Shown piece by piece: positions 12,101-22,064 of a stretch of 32,501 bases of DNA. The position numbers were made by a program, and so were the translations under genes. The stretch covers positions 1 to 32,501 of the forward strand of contig JBMGUZ010000030.1 in assembly GCA_051530055.1 (NCBI GenBank), in the 5' to 3' direction. The stretch comes from Neoechinorhynchus agilis (taxonomy: Eukaryota > Animalia > Acanthocephala). Every line of letters starts with the position of its first letter. Position 1 is the first letter of the stretch. Under the pieces are notes generated by a model, which was not told where the DNA came from, searched no databases, and saw only the letters and a list, made by a program, of their open reading frames with translations.

Positions 12101-15100
12101 GAAAGAAGAAGAAAGAAAAAGCAGATAGAAGAAGAAAAAAGGAATTCGAGAAAGAAGAAGGAAAAAGAAGAAATAAGGAGATAGAAGAAAAAAGGAATAG
12201 GAGAAAGAAGAAGGAAGAAGAAATAAGAAGGAAAAAGAAGAAGAAGAAAGAAGAAGAGAGAAGAAGAAGAAAGAAGGAGAAGAAGAAGGAGAAAGAAGAA
12301 AGAAGAAGGAGAAACAAGAAGGAGAAGGAGAAGAAGAAACAAGAAGGAAGAAGAAGGAGAAAAAGGAGAAGGAGAAGAAGAAAGAAGAAGAATAAAGAAG
12401 AAGGAGAAAGACGAAGGAGAAAGAAGAAGGAGAAGAAAGGAGAAAGAAGAACAAGAAAGAAGAAGAGGAAGAAGAAAGCAGGAGAAAGAAGAAGAAGAAA
12501 GAAGGTGAAATAAGGAGAAAGAATGAGAAGGAGAAGAAAGATGAAAAAGAAGAATAAAGAAGATGAAGAAGGAAAAAGAAATAGAAAGAAGGAGAAGAAG
12601 AAAGAAGAAGGAGAAGAAGAAAGATGGAGAAAGAAGAAGAAAGAAGGAGAAGAAGAGATGACGTCACAAAAAAATCTGATGACGTCATCAAAAAGAAGAA
12701 ATAAGAAGGAGAAAGAGGAAGAAGGAGAAAGAGGAAGAAAGAGAAAGAGGAAGAAAGAAAGAGGAAGAAGAAAGAAGAAAGAAGAAGAAAGAAGAAGGTG
12801 AAGAAGAAGGAAGAAGGTGAAGAAGAAAGATGAAGGAGAAAAAGAAGAAAATGCAGAAGCAAGAAGAAAGAAGAAGGAGAAAGAAGAAGGAGAAAGAAGA
12901 AGAACAAGAAAGAAGAAGAAGAAAGAAGAAGGTGCAATAAGGAGAAAGAATGAGAAGGAGAAGAAGAAAGAAGAATAAGAAAGAAATAAGGAGATAGAAT
13001 GAGAAGGAGAAAGATGAAAAAAGAAGATGAAGGAGAAAGAAAGAGAAAGAAGGAGAAGAAGAAAGAAGAAGAAAAAGACGAAGGAGAAAGAAGGAGAAGG
13101 AGAAAGAAGGAGAAGAAGAAAGAAGATGGAGAAAGAATAAGGAAAAGAAAGAAGGAGGAGAAGGAGAAGGAGAAGAAGGAGAAGAAGAAAGATGATAACA
13201 AAGAAGAAGAAAGAAGAAAGAAGAAGGAGAAAGAAGAAGGAGAAAGAAGAAGAAGAAATAAGAAGGAGAAAAAGAAAGAAGAAGAAGAAAGAAGAATAAG
13301 AAAGAAATAAGGAGATAGAATGGGAAGGAGAAGAAAGAAGAAGGTGAAATAAGGAGAAAGAATTAGAAGTAGAAGAAAGATGAAAAAAGAAGAAGAATAA
13401 AGAAGATGAAGAAGGATAAAGAAGGAGAAGAAGAAAGAATGAGAAGGAGAAGAAAGATGAAAAAAGAAGAAGAATAAAGAAGATGAAGAAGGAGAAGAAG
13501 AAAGAAGGAGAAGAAGAAAGAAGATGGAGAAAGAAGAAGAAGGAGAAGAAGAAAGAAGGAGGAGAAGGAGAAAAAAGAAGGAGAAATAGAAGAATAGATG
13601 ACGTCACAAAAAAATCTGATGGCGTCATCAAAAAGAAGAAAAAAGAAGAAGAAAGAAGGAGAAGTAGAAAGAAGAAGAAAGAAGAAGGAGAAGAATAACA
13701 AAAAAAGAAGAAAGAAGAAGAAAGAAAAAGGAGATAGAAGAAGAAAAAATTAATTGGAGAAAGAAGGAAGAAGACGAAATAAGAAGGAGAAAGAGGAAGA
13801 AGAAGAAGAAAGAAGAAGAAGAAAGAAGAAAGAAGAAGGAAGAAGAAAGAAGAAGGTGAAGAAGAAGAAAGCAGAAGGAGAAAAAGAAGAAGATGGAGAA
13901 GCAAGAAGAAAGAAGAAGGAGAAAGGAGAAGAAGAACAAGAAAGAAGAAGAAGAAAGGAGAAGAAGAAGTTGAAATAAGGAGAAAGGATGAGAAGGAGAA
14001 GAAGAAAGAAGAATAAGAAAGAAATAAGGAGATAGAATGAGAAGGAGAAAGATGAAAAAAGAAGAAGAAAGAAGATGAAGGAGAAAGAAAGAGAAAGAAG
14101 GAGAAGGATAAGAAGAAGAAAGAAAAAGGAGATAGAAGAAGAAAGAAGATGGAGAAAGAAGAAGCAAAAGAAAGAAGGAGAAATAGGAGAAGAAGAGATG
14201 ACGTCACAAAAAATTTTGATGACGTCGTCAAAAAGAAGAAAAAGAAGAAAGAAGGAGAAGAAGAAAGAGGAGAAGAAATAGATGTAGAAGGAAGAAGAAA
14301 GAAGAAGGAGAAGAATAACAAAGAAGAATAAGAAAGACGAAGGAGAAAGAAGAAGGAGGATAAGGAGATCGAGAAGAAGAAGAATGATAACAAAGAAGAA
14401 GAAAGAAGAAGGAGGAGGAGAAGAAGAAGGAAGAAGAGAAGAAGAAGGAGAAAGAAGAATGAGAAGGAATTGGAGAAAGAAGAAGGAAGAAGAAATAAGA
14501 AGGAGAAAGAGGAAGAAAGAAGAGGAAGAAGAAAGAAGAAGAAAGAAGAAGAAGAAAGAAGGAGTAGATTAACAAAGAAGAAGAAAGTAGGAGGAGGAGA
14601 AGGAGAATAAGAAGAAAGAAGAAGGAGCTAGAAGAAGAAAGAAGGAGGAGAAGGAGAAGGATAAGAAGAAGAAAGAAAAAGGAGATAGAAGAAGAAAGAA
14701 GATGGAGAAAGAAGAAGGAAAAGAAAGAAGGAGAAATAGGAGAAGAAGAGATGACGTCACAAAAAATTTTGATGACGTCGTCAAAAAGAAGAAGAAGAAG
14801 AAAGAGGAGAAGAAATAGATGTAGAAGGAAGAAGAAAGAAGAAGGAGAAGAATAACAAAGAAGAATAAGAAAGACGAAGGAGAAAGAAGAAGGAGGATAA
14901 GAAGATCGAGAAGAAGAAGAATGATAACAAAGAAGAAGAAAGAAGAAGGAGAAGGAGGAGAAGAAGGAGAAGAAGAAGGAAGGAAGAAAGAAGAATGAGA
15001 AAGAAGAATGAGAAGGAATTGGAGAAAGAAGAAGGAAGAAGAAATAAGAAGGAGAAAGAGGAAGAAAGAAGAAGAAGTAAGAAGAAGAAAGAAGAAGATA

Positions 15101-18086
15101 AAAGAAAGAAAAAAGAAGAAGATGAAGCAGTAGAAGAAAGAAGGAGAAAGAAGAAGGAAGGAGAAGAAGAAAGAAGAAGGAGATGGAGAAGAAGAAGGAG
15201 AAAGAAAGAGAAGAAAAAGGAGAAAGAAGAAGGAGAAAGAAAGAGAAGAAGAAAGAAGAAAGAGTAGAAGAAAGAAGAGGAAAGAAGGAGAAGAAAGAAG
15301 AAGAATAAGAAAGAAGAAATAAGGAGAAGAAACAAGAGGAAAAAAGAAGAAGAAAGACGAAGAAAGAAGAAAGAAGGAGAAAGAAGAAAGAAAAAGGAGA
15401 TAGAAGAAGAAAAAAGGAATTCGAGAAAGAAGAAGGAAAAAGAAGAAATAAGGAGAAAGAGGAAGAAGAATATGAAGAAGTAAGAGGAAGAAGAAAGAAG
15501 AAGACGAAAGAAGAAGAAGAAAGAAGAAAGAAAAAGGAAAAGAAGAAAGAAGGGGAAAGAAGAAAAAGAAAGAAGAAGGGGAACTAAGAAGGAGAAAGAA
15601 GGTGAAGAAGAAGGAGAAGCAAGAAGAAGCGGAAAGAAGAAGAAAGAAGAAGGAGAAGAATAACAAAGAAGGAGAAGAAGGAGAAGAAAGAAAAAGGAGA
15701 TAGAAGAAGAAAAAAGGAATAGGAGAAAGAAGAAGGAAGAAGAAATTAGAAGGAAAAAGAAGAAGAAGAAAGAAGAAGAGAGAAGAAGAAGAAGAAAGAA
15801 GAAGGAGAAGAAGGAGAAGGAGAAAGAAGAAAGAAGAAGGAGAAGAAGAAACAAGAAGGAGAAGGAGAAGAAGAAACAAGAATGAGATGGAGAAGAAGAA
15901 TAAGAAAGAAAGAGGAGACGAAGAAGATAGAAGAAGGAGAAAGAAGGAGTTGAAGAAAGAAGAAGAACAAGAAGATAGAAGAAGAACAAGAAGATAGAGG
16001 AAGTAGAAGAAAGAAAATGGAGGAAGAAGTAGAACAAAGAAGAAGGAGAAGAAAGAAGAAGAAGGCTGGAGAAGAAGAAGAACGAGAATTAGAAAGAAGG
16101 AGAATAAGAAAGAAGAAGGAGAAGGAAGAAGGAGAAAAAAGAAGAAGAAATAAGAAGGAAGAAGAAGGAGAAAAAAGGAGAAGGAGAAGAAGAAAGAAGG
16201 AGAATAAAGAAGAAGGAGAAAGACGAAGGAGAAAGAAGAAGGAGAAGGAAGGAGAAAGAAGAACAAGAAAGAAGAAGAGGAAGAAGAAAGCAGGAGAAAA
16301 AAGAAGAAGGAAGAAGGTGAAGAAGAAAGGAGAAGGAGAAAAAGAAGAAGGAGGAGAAGAAGAACAAGAAGAAAGAAGGTGAAATAAGGAGAAAGAATGA
16401 GAAGGAGAAGAAAGATGAAAAAGAAGAAGAATGAAGAAGATGAAGAAGGAAAAAGAAATAGAAAGAAGGAGAAGAAGAAAGAAGGAGAAGAAGAAAGATG
16501 GAGAAAGAAGGAGAAGAAGAAAGAAGGAGAAGAAGAGATGACGTCACAAAAAAATCTGATGACGTCATCAAAAAGAAGAAAAAAGAAGAAGAAAGAAGAA
16601 GAAGTAGAAAGAAGAAAGGAGAAGAATAACAAAAAAAGAAGAAAGAAGAAGAAAGAAAAAGGAGATAGAAGAAGAAAAAATGAATTGGAGAAAGAAGGAA
16701 GAAGACGAAATAAGAAGGAGAAAGAGGAAGAAGGAGAAAGAGGAAGAAGGAGAAAGAGGAAGAAGGAGAAAGAGGAAGAAAGAAGAAGGAAGAAGAAAGA
16801 AGAAGGCGAAGAAGAAGGAAGAAGGTGAAGAAGAAAGCAGAAGGAGAAAAACAAGAAGATGGAGAAGCAAGAAGAAAGAAGAAGGAGAAAGAAGAAGGAG
16901 AAAGAAGAAGGAGAAAGAAGAAGAACAAGAAAGAAGAAGAAGAAAGAAGAAGGTGCAATAAGGAGAAAGAATGAGAAGGAGAAGAAGAAAGAAGAATAAG
17001 AAAGAAATAAGGAGATAGAACGAGAAGGAGAAAGATGAAAAAAGAAGATGAAGGAGAAAGAAAGAGAAAGAAGCAGAAGGAGAAGAAGAAAAAGACGAAG
17101 GAGAAAGAAGGAGAAGGAGAAGAAGAAAGAAGATGGAGAAAGAATAAGGAAAAGAAAGATGGAGGAGAAGGAGAAGGAGAAGAAGGAGATCGAGAAGAAG
17201 AAGAATGATAACAAAGAAGAAGAAAGAAGAAGGAGAAGGAGGAGGAGAAGAAGGAGAAGAAGAAGAAAGAGGATAGAAGAAGAAGGAAGAAAGAAGAAGG
17301 AGAAAGAAGATGAAGGAGAAAGAAAGAGAAAGAAGGAGAAGGATAAGAAGAAGAAAGAAAAAGGAGATAGAAGAAGAAAGAAGATGGAGAAAGAAGAAGG
17401 AAAAGAAAGAAGGAGAAATAGGAGAAGAAGAGATGACGTCACAAAAAATTTTGATCACGTCGTCAAAAAGAAGAAAAAGAAGAAAGAAGGAGAAGAAGAA
17501 AGAGGAGAAGAAATAGATGTAGAAGGAAGAAGAAAGAAGAAGGAGAAGAATAACAAAGACGAAGGAGAAAGAAAAAGGAGGATAAGGAGATCGAGAAGAA
17601 GAATGATAACAAAGAAGAAGAAAGAAGAAGGAGGAGGAGAAGAAGAAGGAAGAAGATAGAAGAAGAAGGAGAAAGAAGAATGAGAAGGAATTGGAGAAAG
17701 AAGAAGGAAGAAGAAATAAGAAGGAGAAAGAGGAAGAAAGAAGTAGTAAGAAGAAGAAACAAAGAAGAAGGAGAAGAAGAAAGACGAAGGAGAAAGAAGA
17801 AGAAGAAGAACAAAGAAGAAGAAAGGAGAAGAAGGAGAAGAAGAAAGACGAAAGGGAAGGAGAAGAAGAAAGAAGATAGAAGCAGAAGAAAGAAGAGGGA
17901 GCAAGAAGAAGGAGAAGGAATTGGAGAAAGAAGAAGGAGAAGAAGGAGGAAAATAAGAAGAAAGAAGAAGGAGGCGAAGGAGAAGGAGGCGATGGAGAAG
18001 AAGGAAGAAGAAGAAAGACGAAGGAGAAAGACGAAGAAGAAAGAACAAGGAGGAAGAAGAAGGAGAAGAAAGGAGAAAGGATAAGA
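1..18086. repeat. Purine-rich (GAA/GGA/GAAA) complex low-complexity satellite with higher-order duplications; truncated by the window start
   Basis: The + strand is almost entirely G and A, built from gaa/gga/gaaa words with recurrent rare words (gaaataaggag, gatagaag, gatggag, ggaattcgag). Unique sequence resumes at about 18,087 (cgcctaaaaagttc). Confidence 0.97.
322..17469 (-). repeat. 17 dispersed ~38-bp cassettes, GATGACGTCAC-AAAAAA(ATC/TTT)T-GATGACGTC(A/G)TC-AAAAA, equal to an inverted dimer of the 21-bp satellite
   Basis: Cassette starts read at 322, 1665, 2635, 3261, 4927, 6703, 7127, 8065, 9245, 10934, 11410, 12657, 13597, 14197, 14750, 16537 and 17432. In the copies measured, the two GATGAC starts are 21 bp apart (1665/1686, 3261/3282). 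They resemble the reverse complement of the right-hand array (GATGACGTCATCAAAAATCTC). Confidence 0.93.
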
Positions 18087-18516
18087 CGCCTAAAAAGTTC
18101 TGTATGTTTTCCGGACTATGATGATATAGAGTAGTAATGGGCGCCGCCGCCGCCGCAGCATTCGTTTGAGCCAGTTGACGGTACAAAGCTTGATTGAACG
18201 CGTTTGTCAGTTGCGCTGAAGTTATATCGGGATTCTGCTGGGCTGTTTGTGGTTGCTGAGCCAGAGGAGGCACTGCGAATGCGAACGGACTGACCAATGC
18301 TTGATTTGCAGCAGCAGCAGCAGCATGGGAAGAGTGGCCGAATGGAAACGCCGGTGGTTGCGGCACCATTGATGGACTGCCAACGGGAAAGCCGTGATAT
18401 TGCACAAATGCCTGTCGTGTTCGGGCTTGCTGTGCTCTTCCCGTGTTGTTGGCCGCCGCCGAGTCGGATCCACTTAGAGCCGCTGTGGTTGTAATTGAAA
18501 CGTTCGAGTTCTCCAT
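18087..18516 (-). CDS. Probable first coding exon of an unidentified Ala/Gln/Pro-rich protein (MENSNVSITTTAALSGSDSAAANN...QLAQTNAAAAAAPITTLYHH); 3' boundary uncertain
   Basis: ATG at 18,516 follows a good acceptor (minus strand ttttttgtgtgcgtttcAG, ending at 18,523). There are ~143 open codons in unique sequence with Ala runs encoded by GCN repeats. No family was recognised and no consensus donor was seen at the 3' end. Confidence 0.6.
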
Positions 18517-18522
18517 AACAAT

Positions 18523-19414
18523 CTGAAACGCACACAAAAAACCAATGAACGGCGAGAGACGATTTGTGCGGCGAATGCACACTTTGAGATCACACGATGC
18601 GCCTTTGTTGAAAATTCCACTGGTACTCTAAAGACGTTTCAACTGATTTGACGACGCACAAGAAGATTTGAGAACAAAAAATGACACATGGAAAAATCAA
18701 AAAGCGTTCGGACACGAAAGAAACGTGTTTTCAAATTTTGAAGTGAATCAGTTTTGGGCCTGGGCAATCGGCATATTTCAGTTAATTGCGTGCACACACA
18801 CACAAACGATCCTCCAATGAGATACGGAAATACGAAAGAACACAAATATTTTTTGGACTTTGCACCAAGTGCATATAGGCAAAGTTTCAAGAAATCAGAT
18901 TGACCATCAAATTGTACAATACTTAAACTTTAAAAAACAGAGTCGACACACGCGGGAGCGAATCTTGACGATCACAAGAGAGTACGAACGTTTTCTATCA
19001 TCAAATTCAGAAGCGACAAAGTGCGTGACCGTCGGCGCCTTCCGCGGAAGAATCTCTGTCAATAGACTGTTAGAAGAAAAAAAAACGTCATCGGTCGTGT
19101 AATAGTCAAACGTTTCGTGTGTGTGTGTGTCGACGACACTGAAGCACAGCATTCAATTGCTTCTAATCGTCTTAGAAAACGGAAGCCGCAATGGAGCCAT
19201 ACGAAAATCATCCAGCAAGTCGCGAATCGGACAATTCTTCCACAACTACATTCATAATATCTTAGGTTAGCAGCGCAAGAGATTTATGTTTGGCCCTTTG
19301 ATAGAAAAGCAAAACGATTGTGCGTTTGAGATTCAAAATCGTTTTGAATATGATAGTGGCCCTTAAACATTGTAGACAAGAAATCGCCATTTTGAGTTTT
19401 AGATTCATTGCACA
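18523..19414. promoter_or_regulatory. Putative shared divergent promoter and 5'-UTR region
   Basis: About 0.9 kb between head-to-head coding starts (minus ATG 18,516; plus ATG 19,415). Contains (CA)6 at 18,793-18,804 and (GT)7 at 19,117-19,130. No transcription start can be located from sequence alone. Confidence 0.5.
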
Positions 19415-20464
19415 ATGTTTCCTAGTGAATACTTTGGATCAATCGGGCAACTGAGTTATGAGGGAATCAGGATAATTAGAGATCATAAGATTTTAGAGCT
19501 AATCCAACAGTACAGGGAAACGCCCGAAAGTGAACCTAGGCGTCTATTGGATTTATTGACTCTTCGCCTGGAATCTTCTGTTGGGCATTTAGTCGATGAA
19601 TACATGAAACAATCGGTGGGTACTGAGCTTAAATCATCGCAAGAAGCGATTGAATGCTGCGAAGTTGCTAAGACGAAATTTCGTGCACTCAAGACAGCTA
19701 AACGCGATATGATTGAAGGCAATTGGCTTATAATATTGGATGGATTTAATGCAGCTATTCGGTTAGGTGATCCTAACGATAAGGCGTTTCTTGCAGTTCA
19801 ATATGGCAACAGATGTGCAGTCTTTATGGAGATGCAACTGTACGACGAAGGGATCAATGATGCTATTCGTTCATTGACTTTAATGGACGAAGTGGACGAA
19901 GTGGACAGAAGTTCGTTGCCTTCGATGTTCCGGCAGAAAATGCAAAGAAGACTTCGAGAATGTGAGAGAAGGAAATTGGACGAGGCAAGAAATGATGATG
20001 TGACTAAACAGATCCATCGATCAATAGTTATTAGTAGCAGTTCCGCCGATAAGCAATCGCTGGCCCGTTTAGCATATGATGGGGAGGGTAGGAAGATGGT
20101 TGCAGTTCGGGATATTAGGCCAGGTGAAATAATCATCCACGAAAAACCATTTGTCTCGGTGCTAAGAAATATTGCCACAATGAGTTCGCATTGCGACTAC
20201 TGTGTTCGTATACTCGAAAACAAACATTTTGTCCCGTGTAATCGGTGCAGACTATGTATTTATTGCGACGATGAATGCAAGAAAATGGCTTGGGATGAAT
20301 ATCATAAAATTGACTGTCAACTTAGATCTGGTCTGATCGATCAGGAGCAGGATTTTCCTTCTAGAAGACTGGCTCTTCGGGTGGCTTTAAAGTCTTTTCA
20401 CGTTGAGGGTCATGAACGGATTAGAGGGAAAAGGCAGCGAAGTCTATTCACACAATTAAAAAAG
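19415..20464 (+). CDS. SMYD4: SMYD4-like SET and MYND domain lysine methyltransferase, coding exon 1 (TPR-like region, N-SET, MYND finger)
   Basis: TPR-like LAVQYGNRCAVFMEMQLYDEGINDA; N-SET GRKMVAVRDIRPGEII; complete MYND ligand set CDYC..CNRC..CDDEC..HKIDC at 20,192-20,317. Phase-0 donor AAG|GTATTC after codon 350. The symbol marks the subfamily; orthology was not tested. Confidence 0.88.
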
Positions 20465-21058
20465 GTATTCTCCTAAAGTCGACTATTCTTATTTTCACAA
20501 AGCGTGAAACAGTGAACCTATATTTTCTCAAAATTTTTGTATCGCTGAATATGTTGGCAATGTTTGTAGGTTACTACAACCGATGATCAGAATTGGCCCC
20601 AGTGTACAATCTAATCTGGAGATTATTGTCTAAAAATATTCTTATTCGAGGTTTTTTATCAAAATGGCAGTGATCATAATCGATTTGCCTAATCGTAGTT
20701 GTCGGGAGCTGCAAATATTTTATGTTAATAGTATTTTTCAAGAACAGAGACGACAAACATTGGCTTCTCTTAAGTTCGATTTGAACTGTCCTTAGGATGG
20801 CCAGTTTTAAATGTAAACCTTCGAATTCCTTTACAACTGAACTTCCAAATATGGAATAAAAAGCTTAAATGCCCATTTGTCGTGATTTAGAAATCCATAC
20901 GGTAATATGTAAACATATTATTAACTCTCATGTTTGGTCGAAACAAACATTAAGAACGTTGCCTACACTGCGTTTGGCGACTGGAAAAACCAGATCAGTG
21001 CATCTATCAAGCACTTGAAATTTTGAAGCCTGTTTGATAGTCCGTCCATGAATTTCAG
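20465..21058 (+). other. Predicted 594-bp phase-0 intron of the SMYD gene
   Basis: GT at 20,465 and tttcAG ending at 21,058 join both exons in frame. An alternative phase-0 acceptor is gatAG at 21,040. The interval has stops in all three + frames. Confidence 0.65.
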
Positions 21059-21874
21059 AAGGAGTACGAAGCGATCCGCACTCTAGTAACGAATGTTCAC
21101 CTTCGCTCAGATGAGGACCTTTGCGAACGTCTAGTAATTTCCTACATATATCTACAATTCGCAACCGTCGGATTCGGCCACGAGAATTCCATTAGAAAAC
21201 GATACATTTTATTTGATCGAATCCTGAAAAGCATGTGCTCCGTACCGACAAATGCTCATCAACTCGCAGAACCTGATAGTCATCTCCGCGGAAACATAAA
21301 TATAGTAGCAGCTGGTCTCTTTTACAAATTCAGTATGTTCAATCACAGTTGTTTCCCCAACATCCTCCGATGTTCATCTGAGCGAATGCGATGCTCGAAC
21401 CTCGTCATGGTGGCAAGTCGTCCGATTAAAGAGGGCGAACAACTCTACGATTGCTATAGTCAATTGTTTCTTCTCGAGGAATTTGAAAAGAGGAGGAAAA
21501 ACATTAAACGTCAATACCTATTCGAGTGCCAATGCATTGCATGTATTAAACGATGGCCTATTGCTGATTTATCTCTTCTCGGCACTGAATGCTTTGATAA
21601 CGAATCTGTGATGAAACAATTAAGTGTTCTGGGCCAACAAAATAATAAGGAATTCAAACAACTGTACGAACGCTTTGCTACGATATTTTATGCCTTGTCT
21701 GGATCCATAGAGATAATCTGGGATCAGCAATGTTTCCTCGATTTGTGCACGTTTATTGAAGTAGCTGACGGTTTTCTAATGGAAGGAAAGGTGTGGCTTC
21801 CTCTGCATGTCGCAATAGAGACCCTTAACCAACTCCTTACCTTTGTCAAATTCAAGTTTTCCTCTGAAGAATGA
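21059..21874 (+). CDS. SMYD4: SMYD4-like methyltransferase, coding exon 2 (I-SET, C-SET, post-SET, C-terminal helices)
   Basis: The frame is open from 21,041, upstream of the tracked Met at 21,233. It encodes SMYD4-type EYEAIRTLVTNVHLRSDEDLCER, the cofactor motif MFNHSCFPN (21,341), RPIKEGEQLYDCY and post-SET FECQCIAC (21,527). Stop TGA ends at 21,874. Confidence 0.9.
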   Translation, partial: KEYEAIRTLVTNVHLRSDEDLCERLVISYIYLQFATVGFGHENSIRKRYILFDRILKSMCSVPTNAHQLAEPDSHLRGNINIVAAGLFYKFSMFNHSCFPNILRCSSERMRCSNLVMVASRPIKEGEQLYDCYSQLFLLEEFEKRRKNIKRQYLFECQCIACIKRWPIADLSLLGTECFDNESVMKQLSVLGQQNNKEFKQLYERFATIFYALSGSIEIIWDQQCFLDLCTFIEVADGFLMEGKVWLPLHVAIETLNQLLTFVKFKFSSEE

Positions 21875-21997
21875 GACTAGTTCCGACCGCCAAAAATGCA
21901 GTGAAAAAATTGTAAGAGTTCCAGTTTTTTGTGGTGACTGGGAGACACTTTTTAAGATTTCGTTTTTTAAGGCATTTCCATCGATTATCAGAAGTTA

Positions 21998-22003
21998 ATT
22001 AAA
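21998..22003 (+). terminator. Possible polyadenylation signal ATTAAA for the SMYD gene
   Basis: Common variant hexamer ~125 bp after the stop. I saw no canonical AATAAA before the 119-bp array begins. Confidence 0.3.
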
Positions 22004-22064
22004 TGGTCGAAAAAGCAAAACTACGCTAAAACATAAAGGTGCGACATCGAAATAGTTTTCTTTC

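Noticed and set aside
41-18084. Very long ORFs in the GAA satellite (up to 3016 aa F/S/L-rich on minus; K/E/R-rich on plus)
   Set aside because: An A-poor strand rarely forms stops, so these arise from composition; several overlapping frames are open at once and no domain is present.
18517-18582. Upstream start MCIRRTNRL... of the minus-strand ORF
   Set aside because: The segment ends in a pyrimidine-rich tract plus CAG typical of an intron 3' end; ATG 18,516 is the more plausible start.
20570-20790. Extra SMYD exon inside the intron (acceptor tgtAG at 20,569; a VYNL peptide)
   Set aside because: All three frames hit stops, and the expected I-SET motif is already supplied by exon 2.
18116-21164. 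Short antisense or overlapping ORFs in the gene island (60-154 aa)
   Set aside because: No recognisable motifs; they overlap better-supported exons, intron or promoter sequence.
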